Shown here: in pieces, positions 15,945 to 20,000 of the stretch
Layout: each line of letters starts with the position of its first letter
Position numbering within the stretch: position 1 is the first letter of the stretch
IMG/VR virus record: IMGVR_UViG_3300047319_000709
DNA from: an uncultured virus (IMG/VR IMGVR_UViG_3300047319_000709)
Taxonomy: Duplodnaviria > Heunggongvirae > Uroviricota > Caudoviricetes
DNA length: 20,000 nucleotides
Reading direction: 5' to 3' (one strand)
Notes under the pieces: model-generated
What the model saw: only the letters and a program-made list of their open reading frames with translations
Told to the model about the DNA's origin: nothing
Databases searched by the model: none
Program-made: the position numbers and the translations under genes

Positions 15945-16469
15945 CTACGACGCCTCGCTCATCATTTTGCCGATCGCCTTAGGGACTAGGATGTTGTACT
16001 TCGGCATGAATTTGGCGATGTACTGGGTTTCAAGTCGCGTCAGGTCTTTCGGCCTGCACTCAATGATGTGGTAGGAGTCGAATTTCTTACTGCGCTCTGC
16101 GAAGTGCGTCCCTATCCGTCCATGGCAGTTTGTCGACTGCCCCACATACACCACGCGCCCTTCGCTCATTAGCAGATAGACGCCACACAACTGCCGGATG
16201 GGCTGCGCAATGACATTAAGTTCGGCCTCAGAAAGCAGGTCCTTTTCCTCGACAAACGCTGCCGATCTAACAAACCGCTTCGCAACATCTCCTTTTTTGA
16301 ATATCCCGTTGGTGATGTTCTTCTCGGTGACGAAAGCGATAGCCGATTCCCGATCGCTTCCCAGACTCTTCATCCGGCCGGTACGGGGATCGCGATAGTG
16401 GTATCGGTCTGCCGTTGCATTTACGAACAGGTTTGGAGGCAAGATCTTTCTCAGTTCTTCGATCGTCAT
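15945..16469 (-). CDS. Fusion of a lambda-integrase-type arm-DNA-binding domain and a GIY-YIG nuclease
   Basis: N-terminal LPPNLF...YHYRDPRTGRMKSLGSDRESAI. C-terminal GVY-x9-YVG, R (RIGTH), E (LETQYI) and N (PKYN). Confidence 0.85.
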   Translation of the reverse strand: MTIEELRKILPPNLFVNATADRYHYRDPRTGRMKSLGSDRESAIAFVTEKNITNGIFKKGDVAKRFVRSAAFVEEKDLLSEAELNVIAQPIRQLCGVYLLMSEGRVVYVGQSTNCHGRIGTHFAERSKKFDSYHIIECRPKDLTRLETQYIAKFMPKYNILVPKAIGKMMSEAS

Positions 16470-16527
16470 AACACTCGTGATATTGTTTTTTGAGCAAATC
16501 CGCCGCGGCGGCGACGTTCAAATTCAA

Positions 16528-16786
16528 GGCGTAGGTTAAAGCGTAGGTTCCGTGACCGAGGCCCGTCACATATACACTCTGCACATCCATCATCAAATTA
16601 CTGCAAGGTTTTTCGGAAGTCTCGCAAACCTACGCCAGTATTGAGTTGTCGGCCTGAAAGCCTTTGCTGTAGAGGCTAACTACGATTCTACCTCAAATAA
16701 TAATGGGCTCCTGATCTGACATGAGCCATCGACAAAGATAGTGTGTCGGCGTAGGATTTCGCATCCTCCTACGCCAAACCTACGCT
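16528..16786. other. Putative attP with arm-type integrase-binding repeats (consensus GCGTAGGWT)
   Basis: Forward copies: GGCGTAGGTT at 16528, AGCGTAGGTT at 16540, GGCGTAGGAT at 16748. Inverted copies: AACCTACGCC at 16627, TCCTACGCC at 16767, AACCTACGCT at 16777. Non-coding and immediately upstream of int. Confidence 0.8.
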
Positions 16787-16788
16787 AG

Positions 16789-18057
16789 ATGGCCTTTGAC
16801 GCCCGCAAAATAAAGCTCATGGCGCCCGGAACGCACGTCAATATCGACGGCTTCCCAGGCCTCCGAATCGAGGCTACGACGGCCAAACGAAGCTGGACAT
16901 ACCGCTACAAGTCGCCCATTGACGGGCGCATGAAACAGACAAAGCTTGGCGAATGGCCTGCGATGACCTACGCCTCCGCTATCGCAGCGTGGGAAGCAGC
17001 ACGAACTACGCGCAGCTCCGGCGTAGATATTTCCGCCGAAAAGCGTAGGAAAAGACGGGGCGAATCTGAGGTCAAGCCGCCATACAACGTCCGTGCTCTA
17101 TGCGAGGACTATATTGCGGGGCACATCGAACGGCACCGCGGGCCTACAGCCAGCGCGAACGCCATGCGCCTCATTCGGCGAGGCATCAAACCCATCGCCG
17201 ATCTCGCTCCAGACTCGATTACCCGCCAGCAGGCCTACGCACTGATAAGCGGCATGAGCGAATCCCCGACAATGGCTCTGCGGCTCCGGAGCGAACTTGG
17301 CGCTGCCTGGGATTTCGCTATGGACGCCGACAAGTTAGCCAGTTCCACGCCAAACTGGTGGCGCCAGATTATGCAGGGACGCATCAAGACAACTGGCCGC
17401 CTCCGCGCCGGCGAACGCACGAAAGAAAAGCGGGTGCTGAGCGACGACGAATTGGCAGAACTTCTTGTTTGGCTCCCGCACTCTCCGCAACTACTGCAGG
17501 ACGCGATCTCGCTCTACCTGTGGACCGGCACGCGCGGCGCCGAGATTATGGCGATTGAGGGTTCCGAAATCACGAAAGAGCGCGATGGCGTCTGGTGGAC
17601 AATTCCCAAAGCCAAGACTAAGAATGCCAACGTAGAAAGCGCGAACGATCACCGCGTGCCTTTGGTCGGAAGAGCGCTCGAAATTGTCGAACGCCGCAAG
17701 ACGCAGCATGGCTCGGGCTACCTGTTTCCGGCGAAGCGGGCCGAATCACATACGATTCAGAAAACGATCCAGGAGATGATTTACCGTTGCCAGCCCTACG
17801 GCAACGTCAAGAACCCATACCACACGCCGAAGTTGACGGTGACGCATTGGGCCTGCCACGACTTGCGTCGGACTGTCCGAACGATGCTAGCTAGACTGGG
17901 ATGCCCGCATGAGGTCGCCGAGGCGATCATCGGACACGTGTTGGGCGGGGTGGCCGGAGTGTACAACCGGCACCGCTACGACAATGAGCGCCGCGTATGG
18001 CTGACGAAACTGGACGTCGAGTTATGCCGCCTTGCTGGGCGGCGGCAGGACGCTTGA
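16789..18057 (+). CDS. int: Tyrosine integrase with a P4-like N-terminal arm-binding domain
   Basis: GLRIEAT...WTYRYK...KLGEWP arm domain. Catalytic motifs GTRGAE, HDLRR, IGH and GVYN. Confidence 0.95.
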   Translation: MAFDARKIKLMAPGTHVNIDGFPGLRIEATTAKRSWTYRYKSPIDGRMKQTKLGEWPAMTYASAIAAWEAARTTRSSGVDISAEKRRKRRGESEVKPPYNVRALCEDYIAGHIERHRGPTASANAMRLIRRGIKPIADLAPDSITRQQAYALISGMSESPTMALRLRSELGAAWDFAMDADKLASSTPNWWRQIMQGRIKTTGRLRAGERTKEKRVLSDDELAELLVWLPHSPQLLQDAISLYLWTGTRGAEIMAIEGSEITKERDGVWWTIPKAKTKNANVESANDHRVPLVGRALEIVERRKTQHGSGYLFPAKRAESHTIQKTIQEMIYRCQPYGNVKNPYHTPKLTVTHWACHDLRRTVRTMLARLGCPHEVAEAIIGHVLGGVAGVYNRHRYDNERRVWLTKLDVELCRLAGRRQDA

Positions 18058-18234
18058 GGCTGGGCGCGCTTCAGCCCACGCCTCAATCTCGCGAGCGAGC
18101 CAGCCGACTCGCTTACCCGTCAGGGCGCGAGGCTTCGGTAGATCTCCGGCGGCGACTAACCGTTTCACAGTCGCCGTCGAGAGCGACAACGACTGTGCGA
18201 CGCTCTGCAGGTCCAGGTAATAAACTGTATTCAT
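18022..18234 (-). CDS. AlpA-family excisionase / recombination directionality factor
   Basis: LSLSTATVKRLVAAGDLPKPRALTGKRVGWLAREIEAW; GGAGG RBS; convergent with int. Confidence 0.88.
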   Translation of the reverse strand: MNTVYYLDLQSVAQSLSLSTATVKRLVAAGDLPKPRALTGKRVGWLAREIEAWAEARPASSVLPPPSKAA

Positions 18235-18298
18235 GGTCTTTCCTCCCTCCGAAACCATTCCCGTTGTGTGACTTCAATTACACGTTTCGCGGCTTCCG

Positions 18299-18535
18299 TC
18301 ATGCCGCCTGCTTCTCCGCTTTCTTCCGTGGCGCCGTGATCGGCTCGCCTAGTTGGTAGTCGACACGCACGATATATGCGTCGTGCTTCTTGCAGATCGC
18401 ACGCTCATTGCGGCGGAAGTTGACGGACCCTGAAGGCTCGAACGTCTCAGCGCCAAGCGTCCACAACATCGCGCATGAATCCGACACATAAAGCACCTTG
18501 CGGCGCGGCCCTTGAACCAAGGCGTAGGCTTTCAT
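18299..18535 (-). CDS. Phage early hypothetical protein
   Basis: MKAYALVQ; ATGA coupling and AGGAG RBS. Confidence 0.7.
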   Translation of the reverse strand: MKAYALVQGPRRKVLYVSDSCAMLWTLGAETFEPSGSVNFRRNERAICKKHDAYIVRVDYQLGEPITAPRKKAEKQAA

Positions 18536-18801
18536 GTGCGACTCCTGTCGGGCAACGGTGCCCACCTATATCCGTGTGCAATCGGCCCTGCGTTTGCATC
18601 GGCGTACTTGCATACCGGAAATCGCTTGCGAACCGCCTCAAGGTCAAACCGGAACCCAGGGTTGCCAACGTATTCGAAAACGGCCTTGCGAAGACGGTTC
18701 CTGAAAACCCTCACCAAGCCGGAGTTGGGATATTCGATGAATTGCGGGCCCCAAACCGGATCGTCATAGACGTCGCAGAACAAGATGTAGCTCGTGCTCA
18801 T
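18532..18801 (-). CDS. Phage early hypothetical protein
   Basis: ATGA-coupled on both sides; GGAG RBS. Confidence 0.7.
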   Translation of the reverse strand: MSTSYILFCDVYDDPVWGPQFIEYPNSGLVRVFRNRLRKAVFEYVGNPGFRFDLEAVRKRFPVCKYADANAGPIAHGYRWAPLPDRSRT

Positions 18802-19001
18802 GATTGCTCCGTCGATTCATCGAAATGTTGCGACGCCTTGCGAGTCATCGTTCGAATTGCATCGAGCAACTTCCCATCCGGCCGATAGTGGCGAGTGTCG
18901 GTCAAGTGCTCGGCGATTTCAGCCCACTCGGCTAGCGTCATGGTGATCGTCATGGTCATCTGGATTTCTTTCGGGCATTCCGCCTTGAATTGGGCTTTCA
19001 C
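18798..19001 (-). CDS. Phage early hypothetical protein
   Basis: GTGA/ATGA coupling; GGAGG upstream. Confidence 0.7.
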   Translation of the reverse strand: MKAQFKAECPKEIQMTMTITMTLAEWAEIAEHLTDTRHYRPDGKLLDAIRTMTRKASQHFDESTEQS

Positions 19002-19249
19002 GCTTTCACCTCCAGCGCTTCCACCTGTTCTAGCGCCTCAAGCGCCCACTGCAGCGCCGCACCCGTTCGCGGCCCATATGTCCCGTTGTCGATACACCAC
19101 CGCAGTTCCGCCCTGATCTCTGGCAGATCCGTCGCTGCGTACCGATCCTTTGTGCATCCCATATATCCACCGTCCGGCATGATGTGGTTACCTCGCTCCG
19201 AGAGCGGCGCGTCGACTCTGCAGCCGTCGCATTGATTGATGTCACTCAT
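18998..19249 (-). CDS. Phage early hypothetical protein with CxxC...H...C
   Basis: Coupled start and stop; QCDGC...NH...GC. Confidence 0.7.
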   Translation of the reverse strand: MSDINQCDGCRVDAPLSERGNHIMPDGGYMGCTKDRYAATDLPEIRAELRWCIDNGTYGPRTGAALQWALEALEQVEALEVKA

Positions 19250-19440
19250 TTCCTCGGCTCCCTGACCACATTAATCCCCGCCGCAGACAGCGCCACCGCA
19301 ACCCTGTCCTGCGAGTCGTCGGCGATCATCTGGGCGAACTTCCCGCACAGGTCATGCACCTGATGCGTGGTCGGCTGCTTTGCCAGCGAGAACGAGCGGT
19401 GCGATTCTTCGAATGCTCGGCGGCTGTTGTGGTGGGTCAC
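19246..19440 (-). CDS. Phage early hypothetical protein
   Basis: GTG start with an AAGGAG RBS; coupled to its neighbours. Confidence 0.65.
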   Translation of the reverse strand: MTHHNSRRAFEESHRSFSLAKQPTTHQVHDLCGKFAQMIADDSQDRVAVALSAAGINVVREPRK

Positions 19441-19574
19441 AGTTGCTCCTTAGCGCACCATTGCGCCGGTAGATCACTTCCGTAGTACACACGGAAATTG
19501 CCGATGCCGACCGCGCCGAGCAGGTAGAGAACGACTATGCAGCCACCGATGAAGGCGAGCGCGTTACGGATCAC
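19437..19574 (-). CDS. 45-aa single-TM membrane protein (not in the ORF track)
   Basis: MIRNALAFIGGCIVVLYLLGAVGIGNFRVYYGSDLPAQWCAKEQL. GTGA overlaps at both ends fill the gap exactly; AAGGAG RBS. Confidence 0.75.
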   Translation of the reverse strand: MIRNALAFIGGCIVVLYLLGAVGIGNFRVYYGSDLPAQWCAKEQL

Positions 19575-20000
19575 TTCTTCTCTCCTTCTGCCGTCTTTTG
19601 AGACAGAGCGCGAATAGCGGCGGCTGCGTCTTCGCGAGCCTTGGCATAGCCCCGGTCATACTCTGTCGTTACCGGATACTGCGAGTGGATCGACGCACGT
19701 AACGCCGCCTCAAAGAACGCCTCGCGCCGTACCGCATCCTTCCTCAATCCCTCTGATTGCGCGGATGCGTAGAGCGGGAATACCTCACGCTTGTCCCGCC
19801 TCCATGATTCAGCAACTTCAGGATGCGTTGTAGTCAGCCAAGGCCTCCAGTCTCCCTTTGTCATCCACGCCACCGGCTGCGCATCGACGGCTGGCGCTAC
19901 AGTGGCGATCTGCGCTTCGAGTTCGGCTATGCGGGCGGCCTGCTGCGCCTTCTCGGCCTTCAATTCCTTTGCCGCCTGAAATAGCGCCATGCCGATCAGC
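19571..20000 (-). CDS. Phage early protein (Ead/Ea22-like modular type), probably 5'-truncated by the window
   Basis: AARIAELEAQ...AQPVAW...PLYA motifs; the frame stays open to the window edge. Confidence 0.6.
   Translation of the reverse strand, partial: LIGMALFQAAKELKAEKAQQAARIAELEAQIATVAPAVDAQPVAWMTKGDWRPWLTTTHPEVAESWRRDKREVFPLYASAQSEGLRKDAVRREAFFEAALRASIHSQYPVTTEYDRGYAKAREDAAAAIRALSQKTAEGEKK

Larger units (their letters stand above)
1..20000. mobile_element. Temperate phage (contractile-tail type) genome segment
   Basis: Baseplate, fibre, lysis, integrase and excisionase genes throughout; no host housekeeping genes. Confidence 0.95.

Noticed and set aside
16500..16511. 12-bp palindrome CCGCCGCGGCGG upstream of the GIY-YIG gene
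   Set aside because: GC-only, with no loop or U-tract, so it may be chance; no function can be supported.
15928..16527. LexA/SOS box controlling the ligase operon
   Set aside because: I found no CTGT-N8-ACAG match in the intergenic segments upstream of these genes.
16267..16596. ORF MMMDVQSV..., whose MMD recalls the dusA APMMDW integration motif
   Set aside because: The context is NLMMDV, not APMMDW. The ORF overlaps the att repeats and the GIY-YIG gene, so neither a gene nor a dusA target is supported.

Overview
This is a temperate myovirus-type phage genome segment. A Burkholderia/Paraburkholderia-like betaproteobacterial host is my inference from gene families and GC level. Left to right: baseplate and tail-fibre genes (+); an antisense cell-surface conversion cassette (acyltransferase_3, DUF2142-type membrane glycosyltransferase, degenerate SGNH lipoprotein, XRE regulator); a lysis cassette (+); a minus-strand operon running from a lambda-Int arm-binding/GIY-YIG fusion to a minimal ATP-dependent DNA ligase; an apparently intact attP with arm-type repeats; a tyrosine integrase; an AlpA-type excisionase; and small early genes. 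The most unusual features are the arm-binding/GIY-YIG fusion beside attP, two fibre/tailspike-like proteins with Sec-type signal peptides, and a catalytically degenerate SGNH ORF with the XRE gene nested inside it. All family calls come from reading motifs by eye; no database searches were run.
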